Positions 1-11,460 of a stretch of 64,000 nucleotides of DNA are shown in pieces (the first letter of the stretch is position 1; each line of letters begins with the position of its first letter). Under the pieces are notes generated by a model that was not told the DNA's origin, did no database searches, and saw only the letters and a program-made list of their open reading frames with translations. The position numbers and the translations under genes were made by a program. The stretch comes from Octopus sinensis (lineage: Eukaryota). The DNA is taken from contig NW_021833065.1 in NCBI RefSeq assembly GCF_006345805.1, positions 599,431-663,430 on the forward strand, in the 5' to 3' direction.

Positions 1-3000
1 ACTTTTTTAAAACTATTTCTAATACTTAAAGAAAACCTCTCTCATAGAGTGTTTGCTCAATTCAACTCACGCAAATATGGGGGTAGAGACATTAAAAAAT
101 CAAGTGCAAAGGTTATTTGAGAACGTACGTTTCAAGATTAGTCAAAATCGACATTTCTATCAACAGCTCAGAACTCCCTGGTTTGGATTTGAAAACACTG
201 AAAGTGGGAGCATACCCTTTCGGCTTCCTATCGCTTCTGAAGATCTGCTCGTAACTAACAGTGCCAACAAACTCAAAAATGCAAGCGAAGAATTTCTGCT
301 CTCCCCTTTCCACCAGCGTGGGTTAAAATCAGTAAACACTATGCTTTTTTCGGTAAAATCCGCGGCATTATATAGAGAGAGATGAATATAATTTCAACAA
401 TTGAGGGTAAAATTAATTAATTAATCAATTTCACCAAGTATTCAGTATACAAAGGGACCATTTAAGGCGAATTCAAATTATTACATTATATAAAAGGGCT
501 TAGTAAAATAAATTACTTTGCCGCATACTGAACTCATTAGAAATAGCAGCTAAAAAAACTTTTTTAAAACTATTTCTAATACTTAAAGAAAACCTCTCTC
601 ATATAGTGTTTGCTCAATTCAACTCACGCAAATATGGGGGTAGAGACATTAAAAAATCAAGTGCAAAGGTTATTTGAGAACGTACGTTTCAAGATTAGTC
701 AAAATCGACATTTCTATCATCAGCTCAGAACTCCCTGGTTTGGATTTGAAAACACTGAAAGTGGGAGCATACCCTTTCGGCTTCCTATCGCTTCTGAAGA
801 TCTGCTCGTAACTAACAGTGCCAAAAACTCAAAAATGCAAGCGAAAATTTCTGCTCTCCCCTTTCCACCAGCGTGGGTTAAAATCAGTAAACACTATGCT
901 TTTTTCGGTAAAATCCGCGCATTATATAGAGAGAGATGAATTATAATTTCAACAATTGAGGGTAAAATTAATTAATTAATCAATTTCACCAAGTATTCAG
1001 TATGCAAAGGGACCATTTAAGGCGAATTCAAATTATTACATTATATAAAAAGGCTTAGTAAAATAAATTACTTTGCCGCATACTGAACTCATTAGAAATA
1101 GCAGCTAAAAAAACTTTTTTAAAACTATTTCTAATACTTAAAGAAAACCTCTCTCATATAGTGTTTGCTCAATTCAACTCACGCAAATATGGGGGTAGAG
1201 ACATTAAAAAATCAAGTGCAAAGGTTATTTGAGAACGTACGTTTCAAGATTAGTCAAAATCGACATTTCTATCATCAGCTCAGAACTCCCTGGTTTGGAT
1301 TTGAAAACACTGAAAGTGGGAGCATACCCTTTCGGCTTCCTATCGCTTCTGAAGATCTGCTCGTAACTAACAGTGCCAACAAACTCAAAAATGCAAGCGA
1401 AGAATTTCTGCTCTCCCCTTTCCACCAGCGTGGGTTAAAATCAGTAAACACTATGCTTTTTTCGGTAAAATCCGCGGCATTTAATAGAGAGATATGAATT
1501 ATAATTTCAACAATTGAGGGTAAAATTAATTAATTAATCAATTTCACCAAGTATTCAGTATGCAAAGGGACCATTTAAGGCGAATTCAAATTATTACATT
1601 ATATAAAAGGGCTTAGTAAAATAAATTACTTTGCCGCATACTGAACTCATTAGAAATAGCAGCTAAAAAAACTTTTTTAAAACTATTTCTAATACTTAAA
1701 TAAAACCTCTCTCATATAGTGTTTGCTCAATTCAACTCACGCAAATATGGGGGTAGAGACATTAAAAAATCAAGTGCAAAGGTTATTTGAGAACGTACGT
1801 TTCAAGATTGTCAAATCGACATTTCTATCATCAGCTCAGAACTCCCTGGTTTGGATTTGAAAACACTGAAAGTGGGAGCATACCCTTTCGGCTTCCTATC
1901 GCTTCTGAAGATCTGCTCGTAACTAACAGTGCCAACAAACTAAAAATGCAAGCGAAGAATTTCTGCTCTCCCCTTTCCACCAGCGTGGGTTAAAATCAGT
2001 AAACACTATGCTTTTTTCGGTAAAATCCGCGGCATTATATAGAGAGAGATGAATTATAATTTCAACAATTGAGGGTAAAATTAATTAATTAATCAATTTC
2101 ACCAAGTATTCAGTATACAAAGGGACCATTTAAGGCGAATTCAAATTATTACATTATATAAAAGGGCTTAGTAAAATAAATTACTTTGCCGCATACTGAA
2201 CTCATTAGAAATAGCAGCTAAAAAAACTTTTTTAAAACTATTTCTAATACTTAAAGAAAACCTCTCTCGTATAGTGTTTGCTCAATTCAACTCACGCAAA
2301 TATGGGGGTAGAGACATTAAAAAATCAAGTGCAAAGGTTATTTGAGAACGTACGTTTCAAGATTAGTCAAAATCGACATTTCTATCATCAGCTCAGAACT
2401 CCCTGGTTTGGATTTGAAAACACTGAAAGTGGGAGCATACCCTTTCGGCTTCCTATCGCTTCTGAAGATCTGCTCGTAACTAACAGTGCCAACAAACTCA
2501 AAAATGCAAGCGAAGAATTTCTGCTCTCCCCTTTCCACCAGCGTGGGTTAAAATCAGTAAACACTATGCTTTTTTCGGTAAAATCCGCGGCATTATATAG
2601 AGAGAGATGAATTATAATTTCAACAATTGAGGGTAAAATTAATTAATTAATCAATTTCACCAAGTATTCAGTATGCAAAGGGACCATTTAAGGCGAATTC
2701 AAATTATTACATTATATAAAAGGGCTTAGTAAAATAAATTACTTTGCCGCTACTGAAATCATTAGAAATAGCAGCTAAAAAAACTTTTTTAAGACTATTT
2801 CTAATACTTAAAGAAAAACTCCTCTCTTATAGTGTTTGCTCAATTCAACTCACGCAAATATGGGGGTAGAGACATTAAAAAATCAGGTGCAAAGGTTATT
2901 TGAGAACGTACGTTTCAGAGAGTCAAAATCGACATTTCTATCATCAGCTCAGAACTCCCTGGTTTGGATTTGAAAACACTGAAAGTGGGAGCATACCCTT

Positions 3001-6000
3001 TCGGCTTCCTATCGCTTCTGAAGATCTGCTCGTAACTAACAGTGCCAACAAACTCAAAAATGCAAGCGAAGAATTTCTGCTCTCCCCTTTCCACCAGCGT
3101 GGGTTAAAATCAGTAAACACTATGCTTTTTTCGGTAAAATCCGCGGCATTATATAGAGAGATATGAATTATAATTTCAACAATTGAGGGTAAAATTAATT
3201 AATTAATCAATTTCACCAAGTATTCAGTATGCAAAGGGACCATTTAAGGCGAATTCAAATTATTACATTATATAAAAGGGCTTAGTAAAATAAATTACTT
3301 TGCCGCATACTGAACTCATTAGAAATAGCAGCTAAAAAAACTTTTCTAAAACTATTTCTAATACTTAAGAAAACCTCTCTCATATAGTGTTTGCTCAATT
3401 CAACTCACGCAAATATGGGGGTAGAGACATTAAAAAATCAAGTGCAAAGGTTATTTGAGAACGTACGTTTCAAGATTAGTCAAAATCGACATTTCTATCA
3501 TCAGCTCAGAACTCCCTGGTTTGGATTTGAAAACACTGAAAGTGGGAGCATACCCTTTCGGCTTCCTATCGCTTCTGAAGATCTGCTCGTAACTAACAGT
3601 GCCAACAAACTCAAAAATGCAAGCGAAGAATTTCTGCTCTCCCCTCTCCACCAGCGTGGGTTAAAATCAGTAAACACTATGCTTTTTTCGGTAAAATCCG
3701 TGGCATTATATAGAGAGAGATGAATTATAATTTCAACAATTGAGGGTAAAATTAATTAATTAATCAATTTCACCAGTTCAGTATGCAAAGGACCATTTAG
3801 GCGAATTCAAATTATTACATTATATAAAAGGGCTTAGTAAAATAAATTACTTTGCCGCATACTGAACTCATTAGAAATAGCAGCTAAAAAAACTTTTTTA
3901 AAACTATTCTAATACTTAAAGAAAACCTCTCTCATATAGTGTTTTCTCAATTCAACTCACGCAAATATGGGGGTAGAGACATTAAAAAATCAAGTGCAAA
4001 GGTTATTGAGAACGTACGTTTCAAGATTAGTCAAAATCGACATTTCTATCATCAGCTCAGAACTCCCTGGTTTGGATTTGAAAACACTGAAAGTGGGAGC
4101 ATACCCTTTCGGCTTCCTATCGCTTCTGAAGATCTGCTCGTAACTAACAGTGCCAACAAACTCAAAAATGCAAGCGAAGAATTTCTGCTCTCCCCTTTCC
4201 ACCAGCGTGGGTTAAAATCAGTAAACACTATGCTTTTTTCGGTAAAATCCGCGGCATTATATAGAGAGAGATGAATTATAATTTCAACAATTGAGGGTAA
4301 AATTAATTAATTAATCAATTTCACCAAGTATTCAGTATGCAAGGGACCATTTAAGGCGAATTCAAATTATTACATTATATAAAAGGGCTTAGTAAAATAA
4401 ATTACTTTGCCGCATACTGAACTCATTAGAAATAGCAGCTAAAAAAACTTTTTTAAAACTATTTCTAATACTTAAAGAAAACCTCTCTCGTATAGTGTTT
4501 TCTCAATTCAACTCACGCAAATATGGGGGTAGAGACATTAAAAAATCAAGTGCAAAGGTTATTTGAGAACGTACGTTTCAAGATTAGTCAAAATCGACAT
4601 TTCTATCATCAGCTCAGAACTCCCTGGTTTGGATTTGAAAACACTGAAAGTGGGAGCATACCCTTTCGGCTTCCTATCGCTTCTGAAGATCTGCTCGTAA
4701 CTAACAGTGCCAACAAACTCAAAAATGCAAGCGAAGAATTTCTGCTCTCCCCTTTCCACCAGCGTGGGTTAAAATCAGTAAACACTATGCTTTTTTCGGT
4801 AAAATCCGCGGCATTATATAGAGAGAGATGAATTATAATTTCAACAATTGAGGGTAAAATTAATTAATTAATCAATTTCACCAAGTATTCAGTATGCAAA
4901 GGGACCATTTAAGCGAATTCAATTATTACATTATATAAAAGGGCTTAGTAAAATAAATTACTTTGCCGCATACTGAACTCATTAGAAATAGCAGCTAAAA
5001 AAACTTTTTTAAAACTATTTCTAATACTTAAAGAAAACCTCTCTCATATAGTGTTTGCTCAATTCAACTCACGCAAATATGGGGGTAGAGACATTAAAAA
5101 ATCAAGTGCAAAGGTTATTTGAGAACGTACGTTTCAAGATTAGTCAAAATCGACATTTCTATCAACAGCTCAGAACTCCCTGGTTTGGATTTGAAAACAC
5201 TGAAAGTGGGAGCATACCCTTTCGGCTTCCTATCGCTTCTGAAGATCTGCTCGTAACTAACAGTGCCAACAAACTCAAAAATGCAAGCGAAGAATTCTGC
5301 TCTCCCCTTTCCACCAGCGTGGGTTAAAATCAGTAAACACTATGCTTTTTTCGGTAAAATCCGCGGCATTATATAGAGAGAGATGAATTATAATTTCAAC
5401 AATTGAGGGTAAAATTAATTAATTAATCAATTTCACCAAGTATTCAGTATGCAAAGGGACCATTTAAGGCGAATTCAAATTATTACATTATATAAAAGGG
5501 CTTAGTAAAATAAATTACTTTGCCGCATACTGAACTCATTAGAAATAGCAGCTAAAAAAACTTTTTTAAAACTATTTCTAATACTTAAAGAAAACCTCTC
5601 TCATATAGTGTTTGCTCAATTCAACTCACGCAAATATGGGGGTAGAGACATTAAAAAATCAAGTGCAAAGGTTATTTGAGAACGTACGTTTCAAGATTAG
5701 TCAAAATCGACATTTCTATCATCAGCTCAGAACTCCCTGGTTTGGATTTGAAAACACTGAAAGTGGGAGCATACCCTTTCGGCTTCCTATCGCTTCTGAA
5801 GATCTGCTCGTAACTAACAGTGCCAACAAACTCAAAAATGCAAGCGAAGAATTTCTGCTCTCCCCTTTCCACCAGCGTGGGTTAAAATCAGTAAACACTA
5901 TGCTTTTTTCGGTAAAATCCGCGGCATTATATAGAGAGAGATGAATTATAATTTCAACAATTGAGGGTAAAATTAATTAATTAATCAATTTCACCAAGTA

Positions 6001-7183
6001 TTCAGTATGCAAAGGGACCATTTAAGGCGAATTCAAATTATTACATTATATAAAAGGGCTTAGTAAAATAAATTACTTTGCCGCATACTGAACTCATTAG
6101 AAATAGCAGCTAAAAAAACTTTTTTAAAACTATTTCTAATACTTAAAGAAAACCTCTCTCATATAGTGTTTGCTCAATTCAACTCACGCAAATATGGGGG
6201 TAGAGACATTAAAAAATCAAGTGCAAAGGTTATTTGAGAACGTACGTTTCAAGATTAGTCAAAATCGACATTTCTATCATCAGCTCAGAACTCCCTGGTT
6301 TGGATTTGAAAACACTGAAAGTGGGAGCATACCCTTTCGGCTTCCTATCGCTTCTGAAGATCTGCTCGTAACTAACAGTGCCAACAAACTCAAAAATGCA
6401 AGCGAAGAATTTCTGCTCTCCCCTTTCCACCAGCGTGGGTTAAAATCAGTAAACACTATGCTTTTTTCGGTAAAATCCGCGGCATTATATAGAGAGAGAT
6501 GAATTATAATTTCAACAATTGAGGGTAAAATTAATTAATTAATCAATTTCACCAAGTATTCAGTATGCAAAGGGACCATTTAAGGCGAATTCAAATTATT
6601 ACATTATATAAAAGGGCTTAGTAAAATAAATTACTTTGCCGCATACTGAACTCATTAGAAATAGCAGCTAAAAAAACTTTTTTAAAACTATTTCTAATAC
6701 TTAAAGAAAACCTCTCTCATATAGTGTTTTCTCAATTCAACTCACGCAAATATGGGGGTAGAGACATTAAAAAATCAAGTGCAAAGGTTATTTGAGAACG
6801 TACGTTTCAAGATTAGTCAAAATCGACATTTCTATCATCAGCTCAGAACTCCCTGGTTTGGATTTGAAAACACTGAAAGTGGGAGCATACCCTTTCGGCT
6901 TCCTATCGCTTCTGAAGATCTGCTCGTAACTAACAGTGCCAACAAACTCAAAAATGCAAGCGAAGAATTTCTGCTCTCCCCTTTCCACCAGCGTGGGTTA
7001 AAATCAGTAAACACTATGCTTTTTTCGGTAAAATCCGCGGCATATATAGAGAGAGATGAATTATAATTTCAACAATTGAGGGTAAAATTAATTAATTAAT
7101 CAATTTCACCAAGTATTCAGTATGCAAAGGGACCATTTAAGGCGAATTCAAATTATTACATTATATAAAAGGGCTTAGTAAAA
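1..7183 (-). repeat. Tandem array of ~558-bp units (about 13 copies, truncated by window start), each carrying a hammerhead ribozyme motif on the minus strand; satellite / non-LTR retrozyme-like concatemer
   Basis: The same unit recurs with a ~552-558 bp period (equivalent positions 53, 610, 1165, ~1723, 2278, ~2836, 3391, ~3943, ~4499, 5055, 5612, 6170, 6728). Copies differ by only a few substitutions and 1-bp indels. Strand is given as the ribozyme-sense strand. Confidence 0.97.
118..6845 (-). ncRNA. 13 minus-strand copies of the same hammerhead motif, one per unit (118-170, 675-727, 1230-1282, ~1788-1838, 2343-2395, ~2901-2951, 3456-3508, 4007-4059, 4564-4616, 5120-5172, 5677-5729, 6235-6287, 6793-6845)
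   Basis: Plus strand reads tgagaacgtacgtttcaagattagtcaaaatcgacatttctatcatcagctca in most units. Copies 1 and 10 read CUGUUGA (A6U), and copies 4 and 6 have small stem II indels. Confidence 0.78.
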
Positions 7184-7191
7184 AAAAAAGT

Positions 7192-7925
7192 TTTTTAAAA
7201 AAGTTTTTTTAGCTGCTATTTCTAATGAGTTCAGTATGCGCCAAAGTAATTTATTTTACTAAGCCCTTTTATATAATGTAATAATTTGAATTCGCCTTAA
7301 ATGGTCCCTTTGCATACTGAATACTTGGTGAAATTGATTAATTAATTAATTTTACCCTCAATTGTTGAAATTATAATTCATCTCTCTCTATATAATGCCG
7401 CGGTATTTCCCGAAAAAAGCATAGTGTTTACTGATTTTAACCCACGCTGGTGGAAAGGGGAGAGCAGAAATTCTTCGCTTGCATTTTTGAGTTTGTTGGC
7501 ACTGTTAGTTACGAGCAGATCTTCAGAAGCGATAGGAAGCCGAAAGGGTATGCTCCCACTTTCAGTGTTTTCAAATCCAAACCAGGGAGTTCTGAGCTGA
7601 TGATAGAAATGTCGATTTTGACTAATCTTGAAACGTACGTTCTCAAATAACCTTTGCACTTGATTTTTTAATGTCTCTACCCCCATATTTGCGTGAGTTG
7701 AATTGAGCAAACACTATATGAGAGAGGTTTTCTTTAAGTATTAGAAATAGTTTAAAAAAAGTTTTTTTAGCTGCTATTTCTAATGAGTTCAGTATGCGGC
7801 AAAGTAATTTATTTTACTAAGCCCTTTTATATAATGTAATAATTTGAATTCGCCTTAAATGGTCCCTTTGCATACTGAATACTTGGTGAAATTGATTAAT
7901 TAATTAATTTTACCCTCAATTGTGG

Positions 7926-7932
<7 letters not shown>
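7192..7932 (+). repeat. Inverted ~1.3-unit copy of the 558-bp repeat (foldback end of the array), ending in (TA)n
   Basis: Reverse complement of the array unit. The junction at 7181-7210 has a duplicated aaaaaagtttttt, and the copy ends at ...ccctcaattgtggaaatt(at)n. Confidence 0.96.
7593..7645 (+). ncRNA. Type I hammerhead ribozyme motif in the repeat unit (inverted copy)
   Basis: tgag(7593-96) CTGATGA(7597-7603) stem II tagaaatgtcgattttgactaatctt GAAA(7630-33) cgtacg T T(7641) ctca(7642-45). Stem I is 4 bp (tgag/ctca), stem III ACGTACGT is self-complementary, the cleavage triplet is GUU, and the predicted cut is 7641/7642. Confidence 0.8.
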
Positions 7933-7980
<48 letters not shown>

Positions 7981-7988
<8 letters not shown>

Positions 7989-8284
7989 ATCACGTAACGA
8001 CCAGAGTACTGGATATTGTTATATATTTACTAGACACTATGGGGTTCTGTATCGTTTTAGCTTTTGAATGATGCCACCCCGCTGGCTAGGCGAGCAGGCC
8101 ACCATTCTTCTTGATCGGAAGATTGGTCCGTCGCAAGGTTACACACTCACATCTGAGTGGACGGGAGCAACGCGAAATTAAGTGTTTTGCTCAAGAACAC
8201 AAAGCACTGCTAGTCTGGTAATAGAAACCACTATCTCACGCTCATGAGTGCAACACGTCTAACCACTAGGCCACGCACCCTCAC
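7981..8284 (-). mobile_element. tRNA-derived CORE-type SINE
   Basis: Minus-strand head gtgcgtggcctagtggttag (A box) ... ggtttctatt (degenerate B box), then the CORE-like gtgttcttgagcaaaacactt. Related copies lie at ~11540-11995, 15002-15269, ~27800-28020, 61240-61360 and ~61720-61960. Confidence 0.8.
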
Positions 8285-8519
8285 ACACACGCGCGCGCGT
8301 GCACACACACATTTGTGTTTGTGTCTATATATGTATGTGTGTATTTGTGTTTGAGTCTGTTCCTCCACTGCTTGACAACCGTTGTTGCGGTTTGGCAAAA
8401 GAGACACAAATAAATATCAGGCTTAAGAAAAAGTACTGGGGCTGATTTGTTCGCTAAAAACATTTAAAGTGATACCCCAGTCTGGCTGCAGTTCAATGGC
8501 CGAAACAAATAAATGCCAA

Positions 8520-9021
8520 AAGATATGTACAAAATTTACGATGTTAATAACGTGGAAGATAAAGTGAAAGCAAGGTACAAATATCAATTCAATGCTCAAT
8601 GAAAGATTAAGAAAGTGAAAGCGTTTTTGACGTTTCGCACTAACTCTCTTCTTCGACAAATCAGATATAGAGAAGAAGCAAATGTAGATGAAGGAAAGAT
8701 AAATGTGAATATTGAAAAAAGCATGAGTTGTTCTTTGTGAAGTCATGTTGGAAATTGCGGACTTCGAATGACCGGTAATGACCCAGAGAAAACGAGGTTT
8801 CATTCGTACAAAAGTAGCAAGGTAGTGGAATTGTATGCCAGTTATGTATCATACTTGTGTATGTGTGTAGTTCTACTGTGTGCGTTCTGAGCCTATTCAT
8901 GTGGGGTAGTATGTATGGGCGTATAGTCATAACGTGTATGTGTGTCTTGTTAGCAACGTGTACCATTATTTGGATGTTATTTTCAGTGTTATGCATGTAT
9001 GTATGCATCTCGACGGACACA

Positions 9022-9054
<33 letters not shown>

Positions 9055-9064
9055 CACAGACACA

Positions 9065-9106
<42 letters not shown>

Positions 9107-9780
9107 TCTGCTGTTGTGTGCTTAAATATTTTTTGTCGTATTGCAGTAGCTGTAACTGTTGTTAGAACCTTCCGTATATGGATGCATATGTATGTTTTGT
9201 GTGTGTATGTGTGTATGCGTGTGTGTGTGTGTGTGTGCGTGCGTGTGTGTGTGTGTGTGTATGCTGGGGGTATACGTATGGATAAAAAGATTAGTGTTTT
9301 TGTGTGAGTGCATGATTGGTTTCATGAGTATTTAAGTGCTCGCAAATTTACATATAGTTGTATGCCACCTGTTGAGTCCATTAAGAGTGAAAGGTTGAAA
9401 AGTAAAACTGAGTTTCAGTTCGTGTCGGTGACGAAAATCTGGAGAACCACTGGGTGAAGTGATCCGCTTAGTTGAAATGGTGTGCAATAAAGGAATCCTT
9501 ACGAAGATGGAGGTCCTGTAAGTTTGCGGTGAAACGGTCAGACAAGTGTCGTCCAGTTTGTCTGATATATAAGGAGTTGCGGAGAGAGCATTTTAAACGG
9601 TAAATGAGATTGTCTGAGGTGCAGGTAAAGAAATCGGTTATATGGGAAGAACAATGGTTGGGTCTACTGAGTAGGATGGTGTTCGAGAGTAAAGGAGAGG
9701 TGTTGTAGCAGGAACGAGAGCAAGAGAGGAATCATGGTTGAGTACATGTGGTAGAGAAGAAGCTATGGACAAGAAGGGCG
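8520..9780 (-). pseudogene. Penelope-like element 3' remnant (GIY-YIG endonuclease plus 3' terminal region)
   Basis: Minus-strand translation around 9470-9650 gives HITDFFTCTSDNLIYRLKCSLRNSLYIRQTGRHLSDRF, matching the PLE GIY-YIG pattern (FTC.S.N.IY...C....YIG.T.R.L..RF). A degenerate HHR-like tcgaagaagag...cgaaacgtc lies at ~8625-8660. Confidence 0.75.
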
Positions 9781-10025
9781 CGTAGAATACAGGCACGTTA
9801 CAGAAAGGGGAGATGTGTTGGGGGGAAGATATAGGTAATGGGTAAAATTTGAGGATTTAGTATGTGTGTAGGATAGTTCACTAGAGGGGTGTATGGAGTG
9901 GTGGTTGGTGAGAGGGAAAATAAAAAAAAACAATTGTAAACGGGGCACACGCGAAAGAAGAGAGGGCTGAGGTGTGGTCGCCTTTATGGGTGCGGTCGAC
10001 TTTATGTGTTCGCATTTCTCTTTCC

Positions 10026-10910
10026 GGATCTTTTCTATTCTGAAGCCAGTTTTTTCAAATTTTTCCTACTGAACCAAACAATTTGAAACTTCGTATACTG
10101 GTAGAATGTGTCAAAAGTAAACTTAATTGTAAACCAGAATGAAAATGGAATTGTAACTTCTAAGTTTAACGTTGTTTAATAATTAGAATTTTAACCAATG
10201 ATATTCCGTCATTCGGCTTTATTTTATTTACTCGGTCTCGACCACCAATTTGGTGACGTATTAACATCTTAAATGTAAACAAGCCGCATGTCTCCGTGAA
10301 ATCTCCTTCTAATTATTAACGTACTCATGTTTCCAGGATCCTATAGTCAGCCACCTTCTAATAACAATATTTAAAACTAGTTAATAAGCCACATGTATTA
10401 AATTGAAAATGTTTCCATTCTGTTAGTACTTGCTTTCGTTTGCTATTAAGAAGTGGCATCTCAGTGACGAGGCTTCTAACAAGATTTCGTTTCTAAGCTA
10501 ATGCGTTTCATTTCACTTATTGTATTTATTTGTGCAAAAGGCAAGAATTTAATATTAAAAAAGCAAAGAGCTGGCAGACACGTTAGCACGCCGGGCGAAA
10601 TGCGTAGCCGTATTTCGTCTGCCGTTACGTTCTGTGTTTGTTTACAGTTTTCCGAACGTTAGTACGTCACAAAAGCGCTTTCTACGTCACACTAATAGAA
10701 TGCAGTCAAGTTTTACACATGAAAACAAACAATCTGATTGGTTAAAATTCGCAGTTTTAATCTACGATTAAAGTCATAAAATAGATTTTTCTCAAATAAA
10801 CTAGTTCCAACCTGTGTCTTGTTTTGCTAGACTCTATCAGCATACGAAGTTTCAGAATATTTAGTTAAGTAGAAAGATCTGTGGTCCTGGCTTCAGAATT
10901 GAAAAGATCC
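10026..10910. mobile_element. Merlin-like MITE (GG-starting TIRs, 8-bp TSD)
   Basis: TIRs ggatcttttctattctgaagccag / ctggcttcagaattgaaaagatcc, with a perfect 8-bp TSD ctctttcc at 10018-10025 and 10911-10918. Contains a SINE 5' fragment at ~10566-10635. Confidence 0.88.
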
Positions 10911-11319
10911 CTCTTTCCATCTAATAAAGTGTGTGTGTGTGTGTGTGAAATGTGTTGACGAAAGAGATGAAGGTGTTAGGTTTTCCTTTTTTTAATTTAC
11001 AGAAGTAGTCAGTCGCTTTAACTTGTCTAGGTTCACGATTGTAGGAATAATATGGTATAGATGAATCAACGAAGGTGCATTTGTCTGGTTGCTCGACCTG
11101 TTATAAATGACTGTCACGTCTCCCTGAAATCGCACCCTACTGTTTTAAACACGGGAAAGATACATTGGTTTATATAGTGCGATACAGACACTGAAAAAAG
11201 AAGAAATGGTCAAAGCGGGAGTGTCTTTGATCATAGATCTACTCGCTAAGAGTTGATAGAAACAATATGATAAACAGCAACGATAATGACAAATGATAAC
11301 GGCAATGATAGCAACAACA

Positions 11320-11460
11320 AGAACTGGGAGAAGATTCCAGAGATTTCTCGTGTTGGAGAAGAACGACCCGACAACATGCTTACTAGGGGATCTGTGAGGT
11401 GACATAATAGAGATGACGTGGGAAAGAAGAGGCAACATCAGGTTGTTTGGAATAGATCTG
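11320..11460 (-). pseudogene. CR1/Jockey-like LINE ORF2 C-terminal remnant
   Basis: Minus-strand peptide GSFFSNTRNLWNLLP resembles the LINE C-terminal motif SFF.RT..LWN.LP. Confidence 0.5.

Noticed and set aside
1-7183. CRISPR-like or rDNA/5S/snRNA tandem array
   Set aside because: No unique spacers, and no similarity recognised to 5S, tRNA, snRNA or histone repeat units.
7597-7613. Alternative ultra-short hammerhead reading CTGATGA-ta-GAAA-t-GTC
   Set aside because: No stem II and no stem I pairing. The downstream GAAA at 7630 gives a fully paired fold instead.
53-7710. Repeated 110-aa and 66-aa ORFs in the 558-bp unit
   Set aside because: Non-ATG starts as called (TTG/GTG), no recognisable domain, and recurrence simply reflects DNA repeat identity. 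The 66-aa frame would be cut by the ribozyme.
7780-7900. Possible second hammerhead in the unit (CTAATGA + 10-bp stem + GAAA)
   Set aside because: G5 is A, seven extra bases separate the stem from GAAA, and there is no stem I or III pairing.
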